Shown piece by piece: positions 24,655 through 34,430 of a stretch of DNA of 64,000 bases (positions are counted from its first letter, which is position 1; every line of letters begins with the position of its first letter). The position numbers were made by a program, and so were the translations under genes. The notes under the pieces are model-generated. The model was not told where the DNA came from. It was given only the letters and a program-made list of their open reading frames with translations, and did no database searches. Origin of the DNA: Candidatus Omnitrophota bacterium (GTDB lineage: Bacteria > Omnitrophota > Gorgyraeia > Duberdicusellales > 4484-171); NCBI GenBank assembly GCA_024231025.1, contig JAAEQW010000090.1:21490-85489 (forward strand), read 5' to 3'.

Positions 24655-24835
24655 ATCTCAAGCTCCAAACATCAAATCACAAACAAATCACAATAACCAA
24701 AAAATCCAATTTCCCAAACAGTTTTAATTATTTGGTAATTCGAAATTGAATACTGTTTGCCTGCCCGCCGATGGGCGGGTAATTCGTAATTTGTAATTTA
24801 TTATCTGGCATTTCATTTTTTTATAAAACTTTTGA
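24655..24835. repeat. Intergenic palindromic repeat element, copy B. It has AAATCACAAACAAATCAC arms and a CCTGCCCGCCGATGGGCGGG hairpin core, and is related to copy A at 740-905.
   Basis: Over the first roughly 45 nt (tgtcaaaaat(c/t)...cacaaacaaat(c/t)ac) and the terminal ggcatttcatttttt, the two copies are about 80% identical. Confidence 0.55.
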
Positions 24836-24861
24836 CATTGATCAGTTATTAGAGTAAGACT

Positions 24862-25842
24862 TTAAATACGGCATTTCGTTATCTTTGATAATTGTTTTTT
24901 ATTCTTATCAACCACCTCAACGCACGCCTTATAACCTTGCCAAACAATTTCACGCGCGCGATAAAACTCTAGCGTTGCAATATGGTCAGTGGCAGGAGTT
25001 ATTATTAAATCTGCCGCTTGAGATGTAGTCTTAACAACTTGATACTCCATAGTATAAAGCGCGTTTAGTATAGTTTCAAAAATAGACGGTATACCTTTTC
25101 GCTCTTCAATCTCCTTTACGTCAATGAAATTTTTAACAAATCCTTTTATACTACCAAATAAATCTCTATTGCCACTAAGCTTAACTACCCCTTCGTTAAC
25201 TGTTTTTGAAGCAGCACTTGCTTTTTCTGTCAGTAAAGACTGGCCAGATGTAACATTTGAAAAAGACTTAGGTTTTTTAACTACGTCTGAGGCTAAAATA
25301 AAATCTGCTCCTTTTTGACGTAAAACATTAGCCGGAAGCGGATTGACTATTCCTCCATCAATTAGAACCCGACCGTTATGGCTTACCGGAGTAAAAATTG
25401 CCGGAATCGATATGCTTGCGCGAACCGCTTTCACAACTGAGCCTTCATTTATTATTACTTCTTCACCGGTTTGAATATCGGTAGCAATAATCCACAGTGG
25501 TATTTTTAAATCTTTAAAATCAATATCACCAATTAGTAATTTCAAAAATTCCTCAACTTTATTGCCGGAAACGAACCCCTGAAACAAAAAAAAGAAATTC
25601 GGATCAGCAAGCTTTAAAATATTCTTAAAATCAAGAGCTAACACAATTTCCTCAAGCCCCTTGACTTCAAGATGTTTGGCGTAATAGGCTCCAACTAAGG
25701 CCCCCATGCTTGTGCCAGCAATCATATCAATTGCAATACCGCTTTCGCCTAAACCGTTCAAAACACCAATATGAGAAAGACCACGCGCCGCTCCACTTCC
25801 TAAGGCCAAGCCAATTTTTTTTCTCTTGTGTTTAAATATCAC
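24862..25842 (-). CDS. Patatin-like phospholipase
   Basis: Oxyanion GSGAARG, nucleophile elbow GTSMG and a downstream DGG catalytic Asp motif. Confidence 0.8.
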   Translation of the reverse strand: MIFKHKRKKIGLALGSGAARGLSHIGVLNGLGESGIAIDMIAGTSMGALVGAYYAKHLEVKGLEEIVLALDFKNILKLADPNFFFLFQGFVSGNKVEEFLKLLIGDIDFKDLKIPLWIIATDIQTGEEVIINEGSVVKAVRASISIPAIFTPVSHNGRVLIDGGIVNPLPANVLRQKGADFILASDVVKKPKSFSNVTSGQSLLTEKASAASKTVNEGVVKLSGNRDLFGSIKGFVKNFIDVKEIEERKGIPSIFETILNALYTMEYQVVKTTSQAADLIITPATDHIATLEFYRAREIVWQGYKACVEVVDKNKKQLSKITKCRI

Positions 25843-26560
25843 TTTTTAATTTACTCCAAAATTCTTGCCAGGGAAATTTTTTACCAGGACATTCGGTTCT
25901 GGCGCTTTTTACCCGACCATGGCCAATAATGCGACTCTTTGGTATTCGATAATACCTACGCAAGCGATTAACCAAGTAAGCTAAAGATTTTAATTGTTTC
26001 GCAGATACGCGATCTTCGCTGAAATTTCCTACCAAACAAACGCCTATCGCCTTAGTGTTCATATTTGCTGCCTTGCAATGTGCTCCATTTTGCTGTTTTA
26101 TCCAACGCCCTGATACTTCAATCTGACCATTGTTTTTGCCCTTGGTGCCGTTATCAATAACAAAGTGATACCCTAATCCATTCTCAAAACCACGAGCATT
26201 GTGTGAACGATTAAAACTAAGAGCATTACCAGTGTCAGTCGCACTATGGTGAATTATAATGTATTTCCATTTTGCGCAAGGATACAAGGGCACAACAGGT
26301 CTTATTGGTGCAGCGTCTAATATTTTAAGAGTTTGACCTATCTTGAGTTTAGAGGTACACAAATTATTGTTGCGCATGATATCTTTAATCGAAACATCAT
26401 ACATCTTACTTATTCGCCAAAGAGTTTCACAAGGCGCAACGGCATGATACGTGTCCATTCTAACTTGCGGCCCCGAAGGAATATGTGTTACCCACAAAAC
26501 CTGCCCACTTGCACAAGAAGTCAAAAACAACACACAAACTAATAGTAATATTTTCTTCAT
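25832..26560 (-). CDS. Secreted LysM-domain N-acetylmuramoyl-L-alanine amidase (Amidase_2 / AmpD-PGRP fold)
   Basis: Signal peptide MKKILLLVCVLFLTSC, a LysM segment (YHAVAPCETLWRISKMY) and amidase_2 motifs (IIHHSATD, GYHFVID). The start is trimmed to MKKILLL; the gene overlaps the feoB stop by 4 nt. Confidence 0.7.
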   Translation of the reverse strand: MKKILLLVCVLFLTSCASGQVLWVTHIPSGPQVRMDTYHAVAPCETLWRISKMYDVSIKDIMRNNNLCTSKLKIGQTLKILDAAPIRPVVPLYPCAKWKYIIIHHSATDTGNALSFNRSHNARGFENGLGYHFVIDNGTKGKNNGQIEVSGRWIKQQNGAHCKAANMNTKAIGVCLVGNFSEDRVSAKQLKSLAYLVNRLRRYYRIPKSRIIGHGRVKSARTECPGKKFPWQEFWSKLKSDI

Positions 26561-28626
26561 CCTAACCCCAACAACAAACCACCCTGATAAATAATAAAAG
26601 AAAACATCCAAGCAACAACGGTAGTATAGAATACCGCAAATATTGACCAACGCCAAGAGCCAGTTTCTCGTTTTATAACCGCAATCACAGCCGCACATGG
26701 CATATAAAGCAGGATAAAAACCATCAGCGAATAAACGCTAAGTTTAGTAAAAAGTTTCCTGCCTTCTTGATCAATAGCATTTTGCAATTTTACACGCAAA
26801 GCTTCTCCGGACTCATTGTCACCAACCGAATGGACTGTTCCCAAAGTAGCGATTATAACTTCTTTTGCGCCAAAGCCGCCGATTAATGCCACTGATGTTC
26901 TCCAATCAGCAAAACCCAGAGGCTCAAAAACGGGTGTTATGGCTTTGCCAATTTTACCGGCATAACTTTGTTCTAGCTGCTTTGATTTAATGTCATGATT
27001 GTGCGGAAAATTACTTAAAAACCAGATTGCAACACAAGCAACAAATATAATTGTTCCCGCTTTTTTCAAATAAGCCGAAACCATATCCCACACATGAATC
27101 AATAACCCTTTTAATGCTGGAAGTCGATAAGGCGGGAGCTCCATAACAAATGCATTAGCTTCTCCGCGAAACATATAATTACGAAATATTTTTGCCATTA
27201 TTATCGCTACAACTATTCCAATCAAATAAAGTGAAAACAAAACATTCCCAGCTGCTTCTTGTGAAAAAAACGCCGCAATGAACAATGTATACACAGGAAG
27301 ACGTGCACCACAACTCATAAAAGGATTAACCAAAATAGTAACTAATCGATCTCTCTTATCATTAATCGTGCGCGTTGCCATAATTGCCGGCACATTGCAA
27401 CCAAACCCTAAGAGCATCGGAATAACAGAACGCCCATGCAGCCCTAATTTATGCATGAAACCATCCATAATAAAGGCTGCTCTAGCCATATATCCCGAAT
27501 ACTCCAAAAAGCCCATTGCTAAAAACAATAAAAAAATTATTGGCACAAAAACTAAAACGCTTCCTACTCCACCAATTATTCCGTCAACTACCAAAGATTG
27601 AATTGCTCCCCCCACAGGCAAAAACTTTACTGCTAAGTTAGCTAAAAAATTTTGACCGTTTTCGATTAATGCTACCAGCGGCTCACTTAAAACAAAAGTA
27701 AACTTAAATACGGACCACATCAGGACCAAGAATATGGGCAAACCCACCACTCTATTGATAAGCAATTTATCAATTTGATCAGATGTGGTATGGCGCAATT
27801 CATAACTTCTAACAACAGCCTCAGAACATGCTCCGCTTATGTATCCATATCGTTTATCTGCAAATATAGCCTCTAAATCATCGCCAAACATCACTTTAAG
27901 ACGTTTAACGCTTTTGGCAATCACTGCCACAAGTTCATTGCTGCAGGAACCATTGATTGCCTTCTTGCTAACATCATCATCGCCTTCTAGTAGCTTAATC
28001 GCAAGCCAGCGCGATGAATATCTTTTAGCTAATCTATCATCTTTTCGTATAACTTCTTCTATCTTTTCTATCTCCTCTTGTATTTTAGAACCATACGTTA
28101 TAGTATAATCATTGCAAGCAGGCTTTTCCTTGAAAACTCTAATTACCTCATCAAGAAGTTCGTTCAAGCCTTTCTTTTTGTTAGCCGTCGTAGTAATAAT
28201 TACAGTACCCATAAGTTGAGAAAGCTTATCTAAGTCCATCACATCAACTTCTCTTTGCGCTAGATCGTACATATTAAAAGCTAAAATTAAAGATAAATTC
28301 AACTCCATGAGTTGGGTAGTAAGATATAAATTCCTTTCAAGGTTGGATGCATCAATAATGTTGACCACTACATCCGGTTTTTCATCAATTATGAAGTTAC
28401 GAGCAACAATCTCATCAATTGAATGCGCAGTTAAACTGTATATCCCCGGTAAATCGACTAATTTTATTTGATACCCCTTATATTTAAAAACGGCTTGTTC
28501 CTTTTCTACAGTTACTCCAGGATAATTACCAATGCGTTTGCGCGATCCAGTAAGGCTATTAAAAATGGTAGTTTTACCTGAGTTAGGATTACCCGCTAAA
28601 GCAACGGTTATTGTTTTATTAGACAT
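26557..28626 (-). CDS. feoB: Ferrous iron transporter FeoB
   Basis: N-terminal G domain (ALAGNPNSGKTT, DLPG, NxxD) followed by a polytopic membrane domain; 689 aa. Confidence 0.9.
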   Translation of the reverse strand: MSNKTITVALAGNPNSGKTTIFNSLTGSRKRIGNYPGVTVEKEQAVFKYKGYQIKLVDLPGIYSLTAHSIDEIVARNFIIDEKPDVVVNIIDASNLERNLYLTTQLMELNLSLILAFNMYDLAQREVDVMDLDKLSQLMGTVIITTTANKKKGLNELLDEVIRVFKEKPACNDYTITYGSKIQEEIEKIEEVIRKDDRLAKRYSSRWLAIKLLEGDDDVSKKAINGSCSNELVAVIAKSVKRLKVMFGDDLEAIFADKRYGYISGACSEAVVRSYELRHTTSDQIDKLLINRVVGLPIFLVLMWSVFKFTFVLSEPLVALIENGQNFLANLAVKFLPVGGAIQSLVVDGIIGGVGSVLVFVPIIFLLFLAMGFLEYSGYMARAAFIMDGFMHKLGLHGRSVIPMLLGFGCNVPAIMATRTINDKRDRLVTILVNPFMSCGARLPVYTLFIAAFFSQEAAGNVLFSLYLIGIVVAIIMAKIFRNYMFRGEANAFVMELPPYRLPALKGLLIHVWDMVSAYLKKAGTIIFVACVAIWFLSNFPHNHDIKSKQLEQSYAGKIGKAITPVFEPLGFADWRTSVALIGGFGAKEVIIATLGTVHSVGDNESGEALRVKLQNAIDQEGRKLFTKLSVYSLMVFILLYMPCAAVIAVIKRETGSWRWSIFAVFYTTVVAWMFSFIIYQGGLLLGLG

Positions 28627-28855
28627 TTTTCACCAACACCTTCTGAGCCATCTTAAACCCAAGAGCAAGTCGTATGCTGCCAACCATAATCACGCATGGA
28701 CCACCCTTATGCGATTGCAAAACCTTAAATCTCACTCCTTCATTTAAGCCCATATCAGCAAGCCTACGCTTAGAAGTTTTACCTCCTGCGATAGACACAA
28801 AAACAACTTCCTTACCTATTGCGATATCAGCTAAAGTTAATATTTTTTCTTTCAT
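28619..28855 (-). CDS. feoA: FeoA-domain protein
   Basis: A 78-aa SH3-like FeoA fold (LxxLxxGxxV.....G.....RLxxMGL..G). It sits immediately upstream of feoB and overlaps it. Confidence 0.75.
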   Translation of the reverse strand: MKEKILTLADIAIGKEVVFVSIAGGKTSKRRLADMGLNEGVRFKVLQSHKGGPCVIMVGSIRLALGFKMAQKVLVKNV

Positions 28856-28867
28856 CTCATTTGTTTA

Positions 28868-29266
28868 TTAGAGCTGACCCATAGATTTTATAAACTCTGT
28901 AAGCTTATTAAATGTTTGCGGACTTATTGTATGTTCCATGCGACAAGCATCCTCGCTTGCGGTTTCAAAGTCAACACCCAAAATTTCATTTAGAAATTTA
29001 ATAAGCATATCATGGCGACATTTAACACTTTTGGCAAGCTTCTGCCCTTGTAAAGTAAGCTCAACGTAACCGTAACGTTCATGCACTACTAATCCGTTAC
29101 TAGAAAGTATCGCCAAGGCTCCGCTAACACTGGGAGTTTTAACCCTCATGAGACGGCTTATATCCTTAACCCGAACCACTCCTTTTTGTTCGCTCAATAA
29201 AGCGATCACTTCCAGATAATCTTCCATACTTGAGGTTATTTTTTTTTCTTTCATAATCTTAGGCAC
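28868..29266 (-). CDS. DtxR/MntR-family metal-dependent transcriptional repressor
   Basis: N-terminal wHTH (MEDYLEVIALL...VRVKDISRLMRVKTPSVS) and a metal-site helix (CRHDMLIKFL), directly upstream of feoAB. Confidence 0.75.
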   Translation of the reverse strand: MPKIMKEKKITSSMEDYLEVIALLSEQKGVVRVKDISRLMRVKTPSVSGALAILSSNGLVVHERYGYVELTLQGQKLAKSVKCRHDMLIKFLNEILGVDFETASEDACRMEHTISPQTFNKLTEFIKSMGQL

Positions 29267-29329
29267 ATCTTTCTTTGTTAGTTAAGCCTAACATATTTAG
29301 TAAAAGATGTCAATTCATTCTCAAGGTGA

Positions 29330-29884
29330 TTAAGCCTTATTATTTAAGGAAAACATATTGCAGAAAAGATAGCCCTGCTCGATAGCATCTTCAAGGGCAA
29401 CGTGACTTTTTTTACACTTATCAAACCACTCTTTCGGCATTGTAGTTTTTGTGATTTGGTGAAATGGTTTTTTCATCATCGCCATTGCATAGCTCTTGAT
29501 ATCAAGAGCTACATAAGAAAATGGATTGCTGCCGGTAAACTTAATTAAGTACCAACTAATAAATGAAAAATCAAAAGATGCCGGATAACCCACAAATACC
29601 GGCGTTGCTCCTAGGCTGGTTAACCAATTAGAGTAATTTTGCATTGCTTTATTCGGCGGTTGCAAATTGCTGCGGCAAGCCTGCCACGCCTCAGCTTGCG
29701 TGCTCCACCACTGCATGGTGTCGTGGTCCTCTTTGGCAGAAGGTAAAGTTTCTAGATTTACACTAAATGTTGAGATTATTCTTTTATCAAGAGTAAATGC
29801 CGCCGAACCAAAACTAAGCATTGAATATTCGCCGGGGATAGGGCCATCTGACTCGACATCAGTACTTACATAAATTTCTTGCAT
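29330..29884 (-). CDS. DEDDh-type 3'-5' exonuclease-like protein
   Basis: Exo I-like DVESDG near the N-terminus and an H-x4-D motif (HVALEDA) near the C-terminus. The assignment is tentative. Confidence 0.45.
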   Translation of the reverse strand: MQEIYVSTDVESDGPIPGEYSMLSFGSAAFTLDKRIISTFSVNLETLPSAKEDHDTMQWWSTQAEAWQACRSNLQPPNKAMQNYSNWLTSLGATPVFVGYPASFDFSFISWYLIKFTGSNPFSYVALDIKSYAMAMMKKPFHQITKTTMPKEWFDKCKKSHVALEDAIEQGYLFCNMFSLNNKA

Positions 29885-29886
29885 AT

Positions 29887-30333
29887 TTAATCAACACAGG
29901 GAAATTGCTCGTTGCATTCTTGAACGCAAACCTTAGGATTTTCAAAATAAGAAAAAGTACGCAACCCACTCTCTAAATCAAAATGTATTTTAACTGGCAC
30001 ACAGCTTGCGCAAACGAATTCAGATCTTTGCGCTTTTAGACTGCCCTTTTCTTTATATTCCTCTCCCGGCTCAGCAATAATCGGTATGATTTGCCCATCC
30101 ACGCAATTGTCTTTGATCTTAATATAAACTGGAGCCTTACCTATGTATTTGTAACCAATTTTAATAATTGCATCGCAGGTTGCATCAATTTCAAGCACCC
30201 CCGGAGCATACTCGGATACGATTTCAATAGATTCTGAAGCTAATTCGTCTGCGTCATAACAATTGCTTTGCGCAAAAACAGTTGATCCAATTAAAACCAA
30301 GCCGAAAATAGCTAATAATACATTCTTAAACAT
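29887..30333 (-). CDS. Secreted Cys-rich protein (signal peptide), hypothetical
   Basis: Signal peptide [21 protein letters not shown] and at least 8 Cys residues in the mature part. The start is trimmed to the signal-peptide Met. Confidence 0.4.
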   Translation of the reverse strand: MFKNVLLAIFGLVLIGSTVFAQSNCYDADELASESIEIVSEYAPGVLEIDATCDAIIKIGYKYIGKAPVYIKIKDNCVDGQIIPIIAEPGEEYKEKGSLKAQRSEFVCASCVPVKIHFDLESGLRTFSYFENPKVCVQECNEQFPCVD

Positions 30334-30359
30334 AACCATCTCCAAATATAATTGAAAGA

Positions 30360-30632
30360 TTAAGTATTGTGTCCCGGAATTTTGGGAATTTTGCAATTGT
30401 TTTTGCAATTACCCTTTGTTAGCCCAGCCCCTTTGAACCACTCATCGATTTCCTCTTTTGACCAACCCATCTCTTGGGCAAAAAGCGCATAATATTTTTC
30501 TTTTGCATCATGTAATTTTCGAAAAGCACTTTTAAAGACAGGATCACCTGGGTCAGCACTATCGACTATCGCATCAACCTTATCCCTAAGTTCGATAAAA
30601 TCATTTAAAGCTTTTTGAGTAGCTTGCTTCAT
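30360..30632 (-). CDS. Hypothetical 90-aa protein
   Basis: ORF only. Confidence 0.3.
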   Translation of the reverse strand: MKQATQKALNDFIELRDKVDAIVDSADPGDPVFKSAFRKLHDAKEKYYALFAQEMGWSKEEIDEWFKGAGLTKGNCKNNCKIPKIPGHNT

Positions 30633-30648
30633 TTTGTTAAAATCCTTT

Positions 30649-32073
30649 TTACTTTTTCTTTAATTTTTTATCTTTTCCCGCCGATTGCTTATATTTTCGA
30701 TCAAAAGATCCAACATACATTGCTCGCGGACGAAATATACGATTATGTTTGAGATATTCCATAACTCTGGCGGTCCAACCAGCTGCCCGACTGACCGCAA
30801 AAATCGGTGTAAAAAAGTCAGGTGGAATACCTAGGCAAGAATAGACAATTCCCGAATAGAAATCAACATTAGGAAAAATCCCTTTTTTGGCGCCAAGTGT
30901 TGAAATAACTTCTTTCTCTAAAGCCTTGGCTATTGAAAGCATCGTTTTCGCTTGCGCATCGCCGCCTTCATTAACTAAGTGCTCTGCTAATGGACCTAGC
31001 ACCCTTGCCCGAGGATCATAAGCCCTGTAAACTCTGTGGCCAAAACCCATAATTTTCTTTTTCTTTGCACGAGCGTGTTTGTACCAAGATGCAACATTAG
31101 AAACAGAACCAATTTCTTCCAGCATTTTAAGAACTTCTTCATTAGCACCGCCATGAAGCGGCCCGCTTAAAGCAGCGATTCCGGAACCCATGGCAAGATA
31201 TATGTCAGATAATGTTGACGCAACAACCATTGTTGCAAAGGTACTTGCATTCATGCCATGATCAGCATGAAGAATTAACGCAACGTCCATAACCCGCTCT
31301 TCAACGGGAGTTGGTTTTTTACCGGTTATCATATAAATCAAATTTGCCGCATGGCTCAATTCTGGATCAAACGCAATCGGTAAAAACCCCTGACGGATTC
31401 TTGCAACTGCACCAGCAACCGAAGAAACACCTGAGATTAAATGATAGCACGCTGGATACCCTTCCGGAGGATGCAAATCTAGACCAGCATCTTTAGATTC
31501 TTTGACTCCTTTTTTAAATTCATATATAGCATGCTCTTCTCCCATGGGAATAGTTTCCATAGGAATGGAATCTTCATCAGCGCTAATAATTTTGGAACGA
31601 TCAGGTATGTAGTCTGGGCTATCGGCATAGGTGCACTCGTAACGCATAAAATTTGTTCCCGCACGTAAAGCCGCCATGGCACTCATTGTTCGAATCGGAA
31701 ACCCCATTAAAGTGCCAATGGTATTTGGTATATTGCGATATTCAATGAGCTTCTCATTAAAAGAGCTCAACTGCGGTTTCGTGGGAAGATTACCATGGAG
31801 AAGCAAATAGGAAACCTCTTCAAACGTGGAATAAGCGCATAAATCAAATATGTTATAACCTTGGTAGATTAATTCACCCTTGGACCCATTAACATATCCA
31901 ATTTTGCTTTCGCAAGCGATCGCGCCTTCAAGACCCGGACCGACCACGCAATCAACCGGCCATTTAACAGGCGCAGCGAATGCCGGTTCAATGTCACCCT
32001 TGGTTTCCTTGTGAGCCTTTTTCTCTGCATCAACAATAAGTTTGGTAATTTTCTTTGTTTTCACATGTTTCAT
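30649..32073 (-). CDS. gltA: Citrate synthase
   Basis: Signature GFGHRVYRAYDPRA (G-[FY]-G-H-x-[IV]-x-[RK]-x2-D) plus the catalytic His/Asp context; 474 aa. Confidence 0.85.
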   Translation of the reverse strand: MKHVKTKKITKLIVDAEKKAHKETKGDIEPAFAAPVKWPVDCVVGPGLEGAIACESKIGYVNGSKGELIYQGYNIFDLCAYSTFEEVSYLLLHGNLPTKPQLSSFNEKLIEYRNIPNTIGTLMGFPIRTMSAMAALRAGTNFMRYECTYADSPDYIPDRSKIISADEDSIPMETIPMGEEHAIYEFKKGVKESKDAGLDLHPPEGYPACYHLISGVSSVAGAVARIRQGFLPIAFDPELSHAANLIYMITGKKPTPVEERVMDVALILHADHGMNASTFATMVVASTLSDIYLAMGSGIAALSGPLHGGANEEVLKMLEEIGSVSNVASWYKHARAKKKKIMGFGHRVYRAYDPRARVLGPLAEHLVNEGGDAQAKTMLSIAKALEKEVISTLGAKKGIFPNVDFYSGIVYSCLGIPPDFFTPIFAVSRAAGWTARVMEYLKHNRIFRPRAMYVGSFDRKYKQSAGKDKKLKKK

Positions 32074-32211
32074 AATTACATCTCCGCCTCAAATGCCAAC
32101 ACCATTACAAAGTAACATCCCCTTCTGGACTATTATATTAGTACAAAACACTTCCAGATGCAACCTATTTTAAATAGGATTACCGTAAAATCATTAGCGA
32201 ATGGCGATATT

Positions 32212-32619
32212 TTAGCGGCGATTAAGAACTTCTTCTATTTTTTGATGTAACTCCTCGGACCGAAAAGGTTTACGTATATAATCATCACTTGAAGATTTAA
32301 CACTATTTATAATGTCGGGGATACGCATCGCAGTACAAAAAATAACCGGTATATTCTTTGTAGTTTCTTTAGACTTAAGGCGACGATGCACCTCAAAACC
32401 ATCCAAATCAGGCATATTAATATCAAGCAGTATTATATCGGGTTTGCTTTTGGAAACTTTCGTTAAGGCTTCTCTGCCGCCAGAAGCTTCTTCAACTTCA
32501 AAATTTCTCCTGGCCAACATCAACCCCATCAACGACCTTACTTCATTTTCATCGTCAACAATTAAAATTTTGGAAACTTGTTGTTCTACATCCATGTTTT
32601 TCCTTTTATCTAATAGCAA
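32212..32619 (-). CDS. Single-domain response regulator (CheY-like)
   Basis: The ILIVDDE...DINMPDLDG...K receiver motifs. Confidence 0.8.
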   Translation of the reverse strand: MLLDKRKNMDVEQQVSKILIVDDENEVRSLMGLMLARRNFEVEEASGGREALTKVSKSKPDIILLDINMPDLDGFEVHRRLKSKETTKNIPVIFCTAMRIPDIINSVKSSSDDYIRKPFRSEELHQKIEEVLNRR

Positions 32620-32836
32620 CCTCGGATTCCTGCATTTCTCGATAGGTATTTATAAGAAACTTCCTAAACTTCTGAAGACCATCATAAGTTAAGGCAGTAG
32701 TTATGCGATGTTTTCCCTTAACTGAGATAGTCAAGTGCCGGTTTATGTCGCGTCCTCCGGGGTAAACCATTAAAGGAATACAAATTGCTTCACTTTTTTC
32801 GTCTTCTAAATTTTCGGTTTTTGCTTTTTGCGACAA
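32606..32836 (-). CDS. Hypothetical 76-aa protein upstream of the receiver gene, overlapping it by 14 nt
   Basis: ORF only. Confidence 0.3.
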   Translation of the reverse strand: MSQKAKTENLEDEKSEAICIPLMVYPGGRDINRHLTISVKGKHRITTALTYDGLQKFRKFLINTYREMQESEVAIR

Positions 32837-32978
32837 TGCCTTCTCCTGTTTAAATTAAGTATACACCCCAAACACACCACTATTATACTCACATCAATAT
32901 TTTTTTCAACAAAAAATTCAGAATAACTTCAAAAAATTAACCGCTACTTAATCTGCTGCGAAAAGATCAAAGAAATAT

Positions 32979-33380
32979 TCATTCATCTTCCTGCTTTTTT
33001 GGTAAGCTCTCACTTAAAACACGATGAATTTCTTCTAACAAATATTTCGGGTTAAACGGCTTCGTTACATACCCTTGAACTTTTAATTCTGATATTGCTT
33101 TTAGTCGATCATAGTATTCACCTTTGGCAGTAACCATAATAATCGGAATATGACCAGTAGCAAGAGTGGCTCTTAATTGCCGTCCGGCACTAAATCCGTC
33201 GGTTTCAGGCATGGCAACATCTAAAAGTATTAAATCCGGTTGCTGCTCTATAGCAAGTTTTATGCCAAGTTCCGCGTTTAGCGCACCAATAACTTCGTAA
33301 CCGTTAGCAACCAACCTTTCAGTTACTATTTTTTGAATATCATAACTATCATCAATGTATAAAATTTTTGCTTTAGCCAC
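32979..33380 (-). CDS. Single-domain response regulator (CheY-like)
   Basis: The ILYIDD...DVAMPETDG...K receiver motifs. Confidence 0.8.
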   Translation of the reverse strand: MAKAKILYIDDSYDIQKIVTERLVANGYEVIGALNAELGIKLAIEQQPDLILLDVAMPETDGFSAGRQLRATLATGHIPIIMVTAKGEYYDRLKAISELKVQGYVTKPFNPKYLLEEIHRVLSESLPKKQEDE

Positions 33381-33403
33381 GAATAAACTCCCGCTATAAA
33401 GTA

Positions 33404-33898
33404 TTACTTTATGTTTCTTATGGAATTCTGAGCAGTATCATGTTTGTTTTTTAAAAGATTTGATATAGTTTGATATGCTCGGTTTTCTTTCTGCATATTT
33501 TCCTGCTGCTTTTCGCCAATTAAATTTGGATATGGAACCGGCACAGGTGCTGGAGGTGTTTTGGGTGATGGCGTTTTACAAACATTAGGAGTTGAATCGG
33601 TCCCGCCAGATGAATCGTCAGATGAATCGCCTGAATCACCACCGCCTCCGGCAGATGCACCAGTCGTAAGTCCTCCAAGAAAAGATGTGTCCGGCTTAAA
33701 GCTATTTACATCAATCCCCTTAAAGGCTTCACTTGCATGCTCTGAAAGGTCAGTTAAATGTTCACTTTGCTGCGGGGGGTGTGAAGCATCTTCCTTTGAA
33801 GTGCTTTTCTTTAAGGAGCTTTTTATTTTGTCGTAAACACCAGCTGAAGCAGAATTAATAAAAAACACAGCCACAAACATTGTTAACAATAATTTCAT
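33404..33898 (-). CDS. Secreted Gly/Ser/Asp/Pro-rich low-complexity protein
   Basis: Signal peptide MKLLLTMFVAVFFINSASA. The mature part contains GGGDSGDSSDDSSGG and PPAPVPVP tracts. Confidence 0.4.
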   Translation of the reverse strand: MKLLLTMFVAVFFINSASAGVYDKIKSSLKKSTSKEDASHPPQQSEHLTDLSEHASEAFKGIDVNSFKPDTSFLGGLTTGASAGGGGDSGDSSDDSSGGTDSTPNVCKTPSPKTPPAPVPVPYPNLIGEKQQENMQKENRAYQTISNLLKNKHDTAQNSIRNIK

Positions 33899-34018
33899 AT
33901 TTATAATCCTCCCTTCAACACCCATAGTATAACTTGCACCTAATTAAAATCAAGATTTTTCTCTCACAATAAACACTAACAAAATCAAAAAATTTTATAT
34001 TTTGCGTGATCCCAATGT

Positions 34019-34396
34019 TTACGGTTTAACCCATGTAATGTTTCGATAATGGTTAATACGTTTGAGCGTTTTATTGCAATCAAGCACAATACATACCGCA
34101 TCTATTCTGCACTGTTTGAGATAACCTTTCCAGGTAATATAAGCTTTTGCGTTCCAAATTAGCTTATTTATTTTTTTACGATTAAAAGACTCCTCAGGAG
34201 TACCAAACTGATCTCCAACTTTTGTTCGCACTTCAATAAAAACTAACACCCCTTTATGTCGAGCAATTAAATCGATTTCTGAATATTTAGTTCGGTGATT
34301 TTGTTCAATAACGCGGTATCCTTTTTTCTGCAGATATTTTTTGGCAAGTGCTTCTCCTTTACGACCAATTTCTAAATTTTCCTTTTTCACAAACAC
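34019..34396 (-). CDS. yraN: YraN-family (UPF0102) endonuclease
   Basis: A 125-aa protein with GEALAKKYLQKKGYRVIEQNHR...EIDLIA...FIEVRT, typical of YraN. Confidence 0.75.
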   Translation of the reverse strand: MFVKKENLEIGRKGEALAKKYLQKKGYRVIEQNHRTKYSEIDLIARHKGVLVFIEVRTKVGDQFGTPEESFNRKKINKLIWNAKAYITWKGYLKQCRIDAVCIVLDCNKTLKRINHYRNITWVKP

Positions 34397-34430
34397 CTTT
34401 TATTGCTAAGTAATTGTGTGTGACTTCATC

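Noticed and set aside
25832-26698. Long N-terminal extension (MCGCDCGYKT...) of the LysM-amidase ORF
   Set aside because: The extension overlaps the feoB 3' end. A canonical signal peptide begins at the internal Met (MKKILLLVCVLFLTSC), so the start was trimmed to 26560.
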